Positions 51,101 through 64,000 of a stretch of 64,000 nt of DNA are shown here, one piece after another. The stretch is from Eledone cirrhosa (lineage: Eukaryota): assembly GCA_964016885.1 (NCBI GenBank), contig OZ024745.1, forward strand, positions 8,122,001 through 8,186,000, given 5' to 3'. The notes beneath the pieces were generated by a model. It was not told where the DNA came from, ran no database searches, and saw nothing but the letters and a program-made list of their open reading frames with translations. Within the stretch, counting starts at the first letter, position 1. Every line of letters begins with the position of its first letter. Both the position numbers and the translations under genes were made by a program.

Positions 51101-54100
51101 CCTTTGTTATTCCTGATAGAGTGTAGAGGAAGTACTATATACCTTATTATTCCTGGTAGAGTGTAGAGGCAGTACTATATACCTTATTATTCCTGGTAGA
51201 GTGTAGAGGCAGTACTATATACCTTGTTATTCCTGGTAGAGTGTAGAGGCAGTACTATATACTTTGTTATTCCAGATAGAGTGTAGAGGCAATAATATAT
51301 ACCTTATTATTCCTGGTAGAGCGTAGAGGCAGTACTATATACCTTATTATTCCTGGTAGAGTGTAGAGGCAGTACTATATACCTTATTATTCCTGGTAGA
51401 ATGTAGAGGCAGTACTATATACATTGTTATTCCTGGTAGAGTGTAGAGGCAGTACTATATACCTTATTATTCCTGGTAGAGTGTAGAGGCAGTACTATAT
51501 ACTTTATTATTCCTGGTAGAGTGTAGAGGCAGTACTATATACCTTATTATTCCTGGTAGAGTGTAGAGGCAGTACTATATACCTTATTATTCCTGGTAGA
51601 CTGTAGAGGCAGTACTATATACCTTGTTATTCCTGGTAGATTGTAGAGGCTGTACTATATACCTTGTTATTCCTGGTAGAGTGTAGAGGCAGTACTATAT
51701 ACCTTGTTATTCCTGGTAGACTATAGAGGCAGTACTATATACCTTGTTATTCCTGGTAGACTGTAGAGGCAGTACTATATACCTTATTATTCCTGGTAGA
51801 CTGTAAAGGCAGTACTATATACCTTATTATTCCTGGTAGACTCTAGAGGCAGTACTATATACCTTGTTATTCCTGGTAGACTGTAGAGGCTGTACTATAT
51901 ACCTTGTTATTCCAGGTAGACTGTAGAGGCAGTACTATATGCCTTATTATTCCTGGTAGACTGTAGAGGCAGTACTATATACCTTGTTATTCCTGGTAGA
52001 CTGTAGAGGCAGTACTATATAGCTTGTTATACCTGGTAGACTGTAGAGGCAGTACTATATACTTTTTATTCCTGGTAGACTGTAGAGGCAGTACTATATA
52101 CCTTGTTATTCCTGGTAGACGGTAGAGACAGTACTATATACCTTGTTATTCCAGGTAGAATGTAGAGGCAGTACTATATACCTTATTATTCGTGGTAGAG
52201 TGTAGAGGCAGTACTATATACCTTGTTAATCCTGGTAGACTGTAGAGGCAGTACTATATACCTTGTTATTCCTGGTAGAGTGTAGAGACCGTACTATATA
52301 CCTTGTTATTCCAGGTAGACTGTAGAGACAGTACTATATAACTTGTTATTCCTGGTAGAGTGTAGAGGCAGTACTATATACCTTATTATTCCTGGTAGAT
52401 TATAGAGGGAGTACTATATACCTTGTTATTCCTGGTAGAGTGTAGAGGCAGTACTATATACCTTATAATTATTGCTGGTAGAGTGTAGAGGCAGTACTAA
52501 ATACCTTATTATTCCTGGTAGAGTGTAGGGGCAGTACTATATACCTTATTATTCCTTTTAGACTGTAGAGACAGTATTATATACCTTGTTATTCCTGGTA
52601 GACTGTAGAGGCAGTACTATATACCTTGTTATTCCTGGTAGAGTGTAGAGGCAGTACTATATACCTTATAATTATTGCTGGTAGAGTGTAGAGGCAGTAC
52701 TAAATACCTTATTATTCCTGGTAGTCTGTAGAGGCAGTGCTATATACCGTATTATAACTGGTAGACTGTAGAGGCAGTATTATATACCTTGTTATTCCTG
52801 GTAGACTGTAGAGGCAGTACTATATATCTTGTTATTCCAGGTAGACTGTAGAGGCAGTACTATATACCTTATTATTCCTGGTAGACTGTAGAGACAGTAC
52901 TATATACCTTATTATTCCAGATAAACTGTAGAGACAGTACTTTATACCTTGTTATTCCTGGTAGAGTGTATAGACAGTACTATATACCTAATTATTCCTG
53001 GTAGACTGTAGAGACAGTACTATATACCTTGTTATTCCTGGTAGACTGTAAAGGCAGTACTATATACCTTATTATTCCTGGTAGACTGTAGAGACAGTAC
53101 TATATACCTTATTATTCCTGGTAGAGTGTAGAGGCAGTACTATATACATTATTATTCCTGGTAGACTGTAGAGGCAGTACTATATACCTTATTATTCCTG
53201 GTAGACTGTAGAGACAGTACTATATACCTTGTTATTCCTGGTAGAGTGTATAGACAGTACTATATACCTTATTATTCCTGGTAGACTGTAGAGACAGTAC
53301 TATATACCTTATTATTCCTGGTAGACTGTAGAGACAGTACTATATACGTTATTATACCTGGTAGACTGTAGAGGCAGTACTATATACCTTATTATTCCTG
53401 GTAGACTGTAGAGGCAGTACTATATATCTTGTTATTCCAGGTAGACTGTAGAGGCAGTACTATATACCTTTTTATTCCTGGTAGAGTGTAGAGGCAGTAC
53501 TATATACCTTTTTATTCCTGGTAGAGTGTAGAGGCAGTACTATATACCTTGTTATTCCAGGTAGAGTGTAGAGGCAGTACTATATACCTTATTATTCCTG
53601 GTAGAATGTAGAGGCAGTACTATATACTTTATTATTCCTGGTAGAGTGTAGAGGCAGTACTATATACCTTATTATTCCTGGTAGAGTGTAGAGGCAGTAC
53701 TATATACCTTATTATTCCTGGTAGACTGTAGAGGCAGTACTATATACCTTGTTATTCCTGGTAGACTGTAGAGGCTGTACTATATACCTTGTTATTCCTG
53801 GTAGAGTGTAGAGGCAGTACTATATACCTTGTTATTCCTGGTAGACTATAGAGGCAGTACTATATACCTTATTATTCCTGGTAGAGTGTAGAGGCAGTAC
53901 TATATACCTTATTATTCCTGGTAGACTGTAGAGGCAGTACTATATACCTTATTATTCCTGGTAGACTCTAGAGGCAGTACTATATACCTTGTTATTCCTG
54001 GTAGACTGTAGAGGCTGTACTATATACCTTGTTATTCCTGGTAGACTGTAGAGGCAGTACTATATGCCTTATTATTCCTGGTAGACTGTAGAGGCAGTAC

Positions 54101-57100
54101 TATATACCTTGTTATTCCTGGTAGACTGTAGAGGCAGTACTATATAGCTTGTTATACCTGGTAGACTGTAGAGGCAGTACTATATACTTTTTATTCCTGG
54201 TAGACTGTAGAGGCAGTACTATATACCTTGTTATTCCTGGTAGACGGTAGAGACAGTACTATATACCTTGTTATTCCAGGTAGAATGTAGAGGCAGTACT
54301 ATATACCTTATTATTCGTGGTAGAGTGTAGAGGCAGTACTATATACCTTGTTAATCCTGGTAGACTGTAGAGGCAGTACTATATACCTTGTTATTCCTGG
54401 TAGAGTGTAGAGACCGTACTATATACCTTGTTATTCCAGGTAGACTGTAGAGACAGTACTATATAACTTGTTATTCCTGGTAGAGTGTAGAGGCAGTACT
54501 ATATACCTTATTATTCCTGGTAGATTATAGAGGCAGTACTATATACCTTGTTATTCCTGGGAGAGTGTAGAGGCAGTACTATATACCTTATAATTATTGC
54601 TGGTAGAGTGTAGAGGCAGTACTAAATACCTTATTATTCCTGGTAGATTGTAGGGGCAGTACTATATACCTTATTATTCCTTTTAGACTGTAGAGACAGT
54701 ATTATATACCTTGTTATTCCTGGTAGACTGTAGAGGCAGTACTATATACCTTGTTATTCCTGGTAGAGTGTAGAGGCAGTACTATATACCTTATAATTAT
54801 AGCTGGTAGAGTGTAGAGGCAGTACTAAATACCTTATTATTCCTGGTAGACTGTAGAGGCAGTACTATATACCGTATTATAACTGGTAGACTGTAGAGGC
54901 AGTATTATATACCTTGTTATTCCTGGTAGACTGTAGAGGCAGTACTATATATCTTGTTATTCCAGGTAGACTGTAGAGGCAGTACTATATACATTATTAT
55001 TCCTGGTAGACTGTAGAGGCAGTACTATATACCTTATTATTCCTGGTAGACAGTAGAGACAGTACCATATACCTTGTTATTTCTGGTAGAGTGTATAGAC
55101 AGTACTATATACCTTATTATTCCTGGTAGACTGTAGAGACAGTACTATATACCTTATTATTCCTGGTAGACTGTAGAGACAGTACTATATACGTTATTAT
55201 ACCTGGTAGACTGTAGAGGCAGTACTATATACCTTATTATTCCTGGTAGACTGTAGAGGCAGTACTATATATCTTGTTATACCAGGTAGACTGTAGAGGC
55301 AGTACTATATACCTTTTTATTCCTGGTAGAGTGTAGAGGCAGTACTATATACCTTTTTATTCCTGGTAGAGTGTAGAGGCATACTATATACCTTGTTATT
55401 CCAGGTAGAGTGTAGAGGCAGTACTATATACCTTATTATTCCTGGTAGAATGTAGAGGCAGTACTATATACCTTGTTATTCCTGGTAGAGTGTAGAGGAA
55501 GTACTATATACCTTATTATTCCTGGTAGAGTGTAGAGGCAGTACTATATACCTTATTATTCCTGGTAGAGTGTAGAGGCAGTACTATATACCTTGTTATT
55601 CCTGGTAGAGTGTAGAGGCAGTACTATATACTTTGTTATTCCAGATAGAGTGTAGAGGCAGTACTATATACCTTATTATTCCTGGTAGAGCGTAGAGGCA
55701 GTACTATATACCTTATTATTCCTGGTAGAGTGTAGAGGCAGTACTATATACCTTATTATTCCTGGTAGAGTGTAGAGGCAGTACTATATACCTTGTTATT
55801 CCTGGTAGAGTGTAGAGGCAGTACTATATACCTTATTATTCCTGGTAGAGTGTAGAGGCAGTACTATATACTTTATTATTCCTGGTAGAGTGTAGAGGCA
55901 GTACTATATACCTTATTATTCCTGGTAGAGTGTAGAGGCAGTACCATATACCTTATTATTCCTGGTAGACTGTAGAGGCAGTACTATATACCTTGTTATT
56001 CCTGGTAGACTGTAGAGGCTGTACTATATACCTTGTTATTCCTGGTAGAGTGTAGAGGCAGTACTATATACCTTGTTATTTTTGGTAGACTATAGAGGCA
56101 GTACTATATACCTTGTTATTCCTGGTAGACTGTAGAGGCTGTACTATATACCTTGTTATTATTGGTAGACTGTAGAGGCAGTACTATATGCCTTATTATT
56201 CCTGGTAGACTGTAGAGGCAGTACTATATACCTTGTTATTCCTGGTAGACTGTAGAGGCAGTACTATATAGCTTGTTATACCTGGTAGACTGTAGAGGCA
56301 GTACTATATACTTTTTATTCCTGGTAGACTGTAGAGGCAGTACTATATACCTTGTTATTCCAGGTAGAATGTAGAGGCAGTACTATATACCTTATTATTC
56401 GTGGTAGAGTGTAGAGGCAGTACTATATACCTTGTTAATCCTGGTAGACTGTAGAGGCAGTACTATATACCTTGTTATTCCTGGTAGAGTGTAGAGACCG
56501 TACTATATACCTTGTTATTCCAGGTAGACTGTAGAGACAGTACTATATAACTTGTTATTCCTGGTAGAGTGTAGAGGCAGTACTATATACCTTATTATTC
56601 CTGGTAGATTATAGAGGCAGTACTATATACCTTGTTATTCCTGGGAGAGTGTAGAGGCAGTACTATATACCTTATAATTATTGCTGGTAGAGTGTAGAGG
56701 CAGTACTAAATACCTTATTATTCCTGGTAGATTGTAGGGGCAGTACTATATACCTTATTATTCCTTTTAGACTGTAGAGACAGTATTATATACCTTGTTA
56801 TTCCTGGTAGACTGTAGAGGCAGTACTATATACCTTGTTATTCCTGGTAGAGTGTAGAGGCAGTACTATATACCTTATAATTATAGCTGGTAGAGTGTAG
56901 AGGCAGTACTAAATACCTTATTATTCCTGGTAGACTGTAGAGGCAGTACTATATACCGTATTATAACTGGTAGACTGTAGAGCCAGTATTATATACCTTG
57001 TTATTCCTGGTAGACTGTAGAGGCAGTACTATATATCTTGTTATTCCAGGTAGACTGTAGAGGCAGTACTATATACATTATTATTCCTGGTAGACTGTAG

Positions 57101-60100
57101 AGGCAGTACTATATACCTTATTATTCCTGGTAGACAGTAGAGACAGTACCATATACCTTGTTATTTCTGGTAGAGTGTATAGACAGTACTATATACCTTA
57201 TTATTCCTGGTAGACTGTAGAGACAGTACTATATACCTTATTATTCCTGGTAGACTGTAGAGACAGTACTATATACGTTATTATACCTGGTAGACTGTAG
57301 AGGCAGTACTATATACCTTATTATTCCTGGTAGACTGTAGAGGCAGTACTATATATCTTGTTATTCCAGGTAGACTGTAGAGGCAGTACTATATACCTTT
57401 TTATTCCTGGTAGAGTGTAGAGGCAGTACTATATACCTTTTTATTCCTGGTAGAGTGTAGAGGCATACTATATACCTTGTTATTCCAGGTAGAGTGTAGA
57501 GGCAGTACTATATACCTTATTATTCCTGGTAGAATGTAGAGGCAGTACTATATACCTTGTTATTCCTGGTAGAGTGTAGAGGAAGTACTATATACCTTAT
57601 TATTCCTGGTAGAGTGTAGAGGCAGTACTATATACCTTATTATTCCTGGTAGAGTGTAGAGGCAGTACTATATACCTTGTTATTCCTGGTAGAGTGTAGA
57701 GGCAGTACTATATACTTTGTTATTCCAGATAGAGTGTAGAGGCAGTACTATATACCTTATTATTCCTGGTAGAGCGTAGAGGCAGTACTATATACCTTAT
57801 TATTCCTGGTAGAGTGTAGAGGCAGTACTATATACCTTATTATTCCTGGTAGAGTGTAGGGGCAGTACTATATACCTTGTTATTCCTGGTAGAGTGTAGA
57901 GGCAGTACTATATACCTTATTATTCCTGGTAGAGTGTAGAGGCAGTACTATATACTTTATTATTCCTGGTAGAGTGTAGAGGCAGTACTATATACCTTAT
58001 TATTCCTGGTAGAGTGTAGAGGCAGTACCATATACCTTATTATTCCTGGTAGACTGTAGAGGCAGTACTATATACCTTGTTATTCCTGGTAGAGTGTAGA
58101 GGCAGTACTATATACCTTGTTATTTTTGGTAGACTATAGAGGCAGTACTATATACCTTGTTATTCCTGGTAGACAGTAGAGACAGTACCATATACCTTGT
58201 TATTTCTGGTAGAGTGTATAGACAGTACTATATACCTTATTATTCCTGGTAGACTGTAGAGACAGTACTATATACCTTATTATTCCTGGTAGACTGTAGA
58301 GACAGTACTATATACGTTATTATACCTGGTAGACTGTAGAGGCAGTACTATATACCTTATTATTCCTGGTAGACTGTAGAGGCAGTACTATATATCTTGT
58401 TATATCCAGGTAGACTGTAGAGGCAGTACTATATACCTTTTTATTCCTGGTAGAGTGTAGAGGCAGTACTATATACCTTTTTATTCCTGGTAGAGTGTAG
58501 AGGCATACTATATACCTTGTTATTCCAGGTAGAGTGTAGAGGCAGTACTATATACCTTATTATTCCTGGTAGAATGTAGAGGCAGTACTATATACCTTGT
58601 TATTCCTGGTAGAGTGTAGAGGAAGTACTATATACCTTATTATTCCTGGTAGAGTGTAGAGGCAGTACTATATACCTTATTATTCCTGGTAGAGTGTAGA
58701 GGCAGTACTATATACCTTGTTATTCCTGGTAGAGTGTAGAGGCAGTACTATATACTTTGTTATTCCAGATAGAGTGTAGAGGCAGTACTATATACCTTAT
58801 TATTCCTGGTAGAGCGTAGAGGCAGTACTATATACCTTATTATTCCTGGTAGAGTGTAGAGGCAGTACTATATACCTTATTATTCCTGGTAGAGTGTAGG
58901 GGCAGTACTATATACCTTGTTATTCCTGGTAGAGTGTAGAGGCAGTACTATATACCTTATTATTCCTGGTAGAGTGTAGAGGCAGTACTATATACTTTAT
59001 TATTCCTGGTAGAGTGTAGAGGCAGTACTATATACCTTATTATTCCTGGTAGAGTGTAGAGGCAGTACCATATACCTTATTATTCCTGGTAGACTGTAGA
59101 GGCAGTACTATATACCTTGTTATTCCTGGTAGACTGTAGAGGCTGTACTATATACCTTGTTATTCCTGGTAGAGTGTAGAGGCAGTACTATATACCTTGT
59201 TATTTTTGGTAGACTATAGAGGCAGTACTATATACCTTGTTATTCCTGGTAGACTGTAGAGGCTGTACTATATACCTTGTTATTATTGGTAGACTGTAGA
59301 GGCAGTACTATATGCCTTATTATTCCTGGTAGACTGTAGAGGCAGTACTATATACCTTGTTATTCCTGGTAGACTGTAGAGGCAGTACTATATAGCTTGT
59401 TATACCTGGTAGACTGTAGAGGCAGTACTATATACTTTTTATTCCTGGTAGACTGTAGAGGCAGTACTATATACCTTGTTATTCCAGGTAGAATGTAGAG
59501 GCAGTACTATATACCTTATTATTCGTGGTAGAGTGTAGAGGCAGTACTATATACCTTGTTAATCCTGGTAGACTGTAGAGGCAGTACTATATACCTTGTT
59601 ATTCCTGGTAGAGTGTAGAGACCGTACTATATACCTTGTTATTCCAGGTAGACTGTAGAGACAGTACTATATAACTTGTTATTCCTGGTAGAGTGTAGAG
59701 GCAGTACTATATACCTTATTATTCCTGGTAGATTGTAGAGGCAGTACTATATACCTTGTTATTCCTGGTAGAGTGTAGAGGCAGTACTATATACCTTATA
59801 ATTATTGCTGGTAGAGTGTAGAGGCAGTACTAAATACCTTATTATTCCTGGTAGAGTGTAGGGGCAGTACTATATACCTTATTATTCCTTTTAGACTGTA
59901 GAGACAGTATTATATACCTTGTTATTCCTGGTAGACTGTAGAGGCAGTACTATATACCTTGTTATTCCTGGTAGAGTGTAGAGGCAGTACTATATACCTT
60001 ATAATTATTGCTGGTAGAGTGTAGAGGCAGTACTAAATACCTTATTATTCCTGGTAGACTGTAGAGGCAGTACTATATACCGTATTATAACTGGTAGACT

Positions 60101-63100
60101 GTAGAGGCAGTATTATATACCTTGTTATTCCTGGTAGACTGTAGAGGCAGTACTATATACCTTATTATTCCTGGTAGAGTGTAGAGGCAGTACGATATAT
60201 ACCTTGTTATTCCTGGTAGACTGTAATGGCAGTACTATATACCTTATTATTCCTGGTAGACTGTAGAGGCAGTGCTATATATCTTATTATTCCAGATAGA
60301 CTGTAGAGACAGTACTATATACCTTATTATTAATGGTAGAGTGTAGAGGCAGTACGATATATACCTTGTTATTCCTGGTAGAGTGTATAGACAGTAATAT
60401 ATACCTTATTATTCCTGGTAGACTGTAGAGACAGTACTATATACCTTATTATTCCTGGTAGACTGTAGAGACAGTACTATATGCCTTGTTATTCATGGTG
60501 GACTGTAGAGGCAGTACTATATACCTTATTATTCCTGGTAGACTGTAGAGGCAGTACTATATACCTTGTTATTCCAGGTAGACTGTAGAGGCAGTACTAT
60601 ATACCTTGTTATTCCAGGTAGAGTGTAGAGGCAGTACTATATATATTATTATTCCTGGTAGAGTGTAGAGGCAGTACTATATACCTTATTATTCCTGGTA
60701 GACTGTAGAGGCAGTACTATATACTTTATTATTCCTGGTAGAGTGTAGAGGCAGTACTATATACCTTATTATTCCTGGTAGAGTGTAGAGGCAGTACCAT
60801 ATACCTTATTATTCCTGGTAGACTGTAGAGGCAGTACTATATACCTTGTTATTCCTGGTAGACTGTAGAGGCTGTACTATACACCTTGTTATTCCTGGTA
60901 GAGTGTAGAGGCAGTACTATATACCTTGTTATTTTTGGTAGACTATAGAGGCAGTACTATATACCTTGTTATTCCTGGTAGACTGTAGAGGCTGTACTAT
61001 ATACCTTGTTATTACTGGTAGACTGTAGAGGCAGTACTATATGCCTTATTATTCCTGGTAGACTGTAGAGGCAGTACTATATACCTTGTTATTCCTGGTA
61101 GACTGTAGAGGCAGTACTATATAGCTTGTTATACCTGGTAGACTGTAGAGGCAGTACTATATACTTTTTATTCCTGGTAGACTGTAGAGGCAGTACTATA
61201 TACCTTGTTATTCCAGGTAGAATGTAGAGGCAGTACTATATACCTTATTATTCGTGGTAGAGTGTAGAGGCAGTACTATATACCTTGTTAATCCTGGTAG
61301 ACTGTAGAGGCAGTACTATATACCTTGTTATCCCTGGTAGAGTGTAGAGACCGTACTATATACATTGTTATTCCAGGTAGACTGTAGAGACAGTACTATA
61401 TAACTTGTTATTCCTGGTAGAGTGTAGAGGCAGTACTATATACCTTATTATTCCTGGTAGATTGTAGAGGCAGTACTATATACCTTGTTATTCCTGGTAG
61501 AGTGTAGAGGCAGTACTATATACCTTATAATTATTGCTGGTAGAGTGTAGAGGCAGTACTAAATACCTTATTATTCCTGGTAGAGTGTAGGGGCAGTACT
61601 ATATACCTTATTATTCCTTTTAGACTGTAGAGACAGTATTATATACCTTGTTATTCCTGGTAGACTGTAGAGGCAGTACTATATACCTTGTTATTCCTGG
61701 TAGAGTGTAGAGGCAGTACTATATACCTTATAATTATTGCTGGTAGAGTGTAGAGGCAGTACTAAATACCTTATTATTCCTGGTAGACTGTAGAGGCAGT
61801 ACTATATACCGTATTATAACTGGTAGACTGTAGAGGCAGTATTATATACCTTGTTATTCCTGGTAGACTGTAGAGGCAGTACTATATACCTTATTATTCC
61901 TGGTAGAGTGTAGAGGCAGTACGATATATACCTTGTTATTCCTGGTAGACTGTAATGGCAGTACTATATACCTTATTATTCCTGGTAGACTGTAGAGGCA
62001 GTACTATATATCTTATTATTCCAGATAGACTGTAGAGACAGTACTATATACCTTATTATTAATGGTAGAGTGTAGAGGCAGTACGATATATACCTTGTTA
62101 TTCCTGGTAGAGTGTATAGACAGTAATATATACCTTATTATTCCTGGTAGACTGTAGAGACAGTACTATATACCTTATTATTCCTGGTAGACTGTAGAGA
62201 CAGTACTATATGCCTTGTTATTCATGGTGGACTGTAGAGGCAGTACTATATACCTTATTATTCCTGGTAGACTGTAGAGGCAGTACTATATACCTTGTTA
62301 TTCCAGGTAGACTGTAGAGGCAGTACTATATACCTTGTTATTCCAGGTAGAGTGTAGAGGCAGTACTATATATATTATTATTCCTGGTAGAGTGTAGAGG
62401 CAGTACTATATACCTTATTATTCCTGGTAGACTGTAGAGGCAGTACTATATACCTTGTTATTCCTGGTAGAGTGTAGAGGCAGTACTATATACCTTTGTT
62501 ATTCCAGATAGAGTGTAGAGACAGTACTATATAACTTATTATTCCTGGTAGAGTGTAGAGGCAGTACTATATACCTTATTATTCCTGGTAGACTGTAGAG
62601 GCAGTACTATATACCTTATTATTCCTGTTAGACTGTAGAGGCAGTACTATATACCTTACTATTCCTGGTAGAGTGTAGAGGCAGTACTATATACCTTTGT
62701 TATTCCAGATAGAGTGTAGAGACAGTACTATATACCTTATTATTCCTGGTAGACTGTAGAGGCAGTACTATATACCTTACTATTCCTGGTAGAGTGTAGA
62801 GGCAGTACTATATACCTTTTTATTCCTGGTAGACTGTAGAGGCAGTACTATATACCTTGTTATTCCTGGTAGAGTGTAGAGACCGTACTATATACCTTGT
62901 TATTCCAGGTAGACTGTAGAGACAGTACTATATAACTTGTTATTCCTGGTAGAGTGTAGAGGCAGTACTATATACCTTATTATTCCTGGTAGATTGTAGA
63001 GGCAGTACTATATACCTTGTTATTCCTGGTAGAGGGTAGAGACAGTACTATATACCTTATAATTATTGCTGGTAGAGTGTAGAGGCAGTACTAAATACCT

Positions 63101-64000
63101 TATTATTCCTGGTAGACTGTAGAGGCAGTACTATATACCGTATTATAACTGGTAGACTGTACAGGCAGTATTATATACCTTGTTATTCCTGGTAGACTGT
63201 AGAGGCAGTACTATATACCTTATTATTCCTGGTAGAGTGTAGAGGCAGTACGATATATACCTTGTTATTCCTGGTAGACTGTAATGGCAGTACTATATAC
63301 CTTATTATTCCTGGTAGACTGTAGAGGCAGTACTATATATCTTATTATTCCAGATAGACTGTAGAGACAGTACTATATACCTTATTATTCCTGGTAGAGT
63401 GTAGAGGCAGTACGATATATACCTTGTTATTCCTGGTAGAATGTATAGACAGTAATATATACCTTATTATTCCTGGTAGACTGTAGAGACAGTACTATAT
63501 ACCTTATTATTCCTGGTAGACTGTAGAGACAGTACTATATGCCTTGTTATTCATGGTAGACTGTAGAGGCAGTACTATATACCTTATTATTCCTGGTAGA
63601 CTGTAGAGGCAGTACTATATACCTTGTTATTCCAGGTAGACTGTAGAGGCAGTACTATATACCTTGTTATTCCAGGTAGAGTGTAGAGGCAGTACTATAT
63701 ATATTATTATTCCTGGTAGAGTGTAGAGGCAGTACTATATACCTTATTATTCCTGGTAGACTGTAGAGGCAGTACTATATACCTTATTATTCCTGGTAGA
63801 CTGTAGAGGCAGTACTATATACCTTACTATTCCTGGTAGAGTGTAGAGGCAGTACTATATACCTTTGTTATTCCAGATAGAGTGTAGAGACAGTACTATA
63901 TACCTTATTATTCCTGGTAGACTGTAGAGGCAGTACTATATACCTTACTATTCCTGGTAGAGTGTAGAGGCAGTACTATATACCTTTTTATTCCTGGTAG

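Larger units (their letters stand above)
8003..64000. repeat. 40-bp satellite DNA array, about 1,400 monomers, continuing past the right edge
   Basis: Consensus TAGA[C/G]TGTAGAG[G/A]CAGTACTATATACCTT[A/G/T]TTATTCCTGG, head-to-tail in one orientation, with no foreign insertion seen in 56 kb. Confidence 0.99.

Noticed and set aside
1-64000. CRISPR-like array interpretation of the 40-bp or 48-bp repeats
   Set aside because: Monomers are contiguous with no unique spacers, there is no leader or cas gene, and the context is eukaryotic.
8003-64000. Conserved RNA hairpin in the monomer (TAG-ACTG-tagagg-CAGT-a-CTA)
   Set aside because: The stem is short, and the very common C-to-G variant at position 5 breaks it without compensation.

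Overview
Non-coding, repeat-dominated eukaryotic DNA with no supportable protein-coding gene, RNA gene or CRISPR array. Left to right: (1) a 48-bp tandem array, about 65 copies, entering from the left edge (1-3110); (2) a mosaic of about 3 kb of trinucleotide repeats (GGT/GAT, CTG/CTA, CAA/CAG); (3) a 2-kb island with at least four tRNA-derived SINE copies carrying Pol III A/B boxes, one of them nested antisense inside another with a perfect 15-bp target-site duplication, plus fragments of a second element with an (AAC)n tail; (4) a 40-bp satellite of about 1,400 monomers from about 8003 off the right edge. The satellite shows nested multi-kb duplications (periods 2400, 4160, 6227, about 5493 and about 1.7-3.1 kb) and spatially layered indel variants. 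From memory the SINEs resemble abundant octopus (cephalopod) SINEs; this was not checked by any search. All listed ORFs are explained as repeat artefacts. I found no evidence for a new gene system. The most interesting points are the nested SINE, the satellite's duplication history and a possible inverted kinship between the two satellites.
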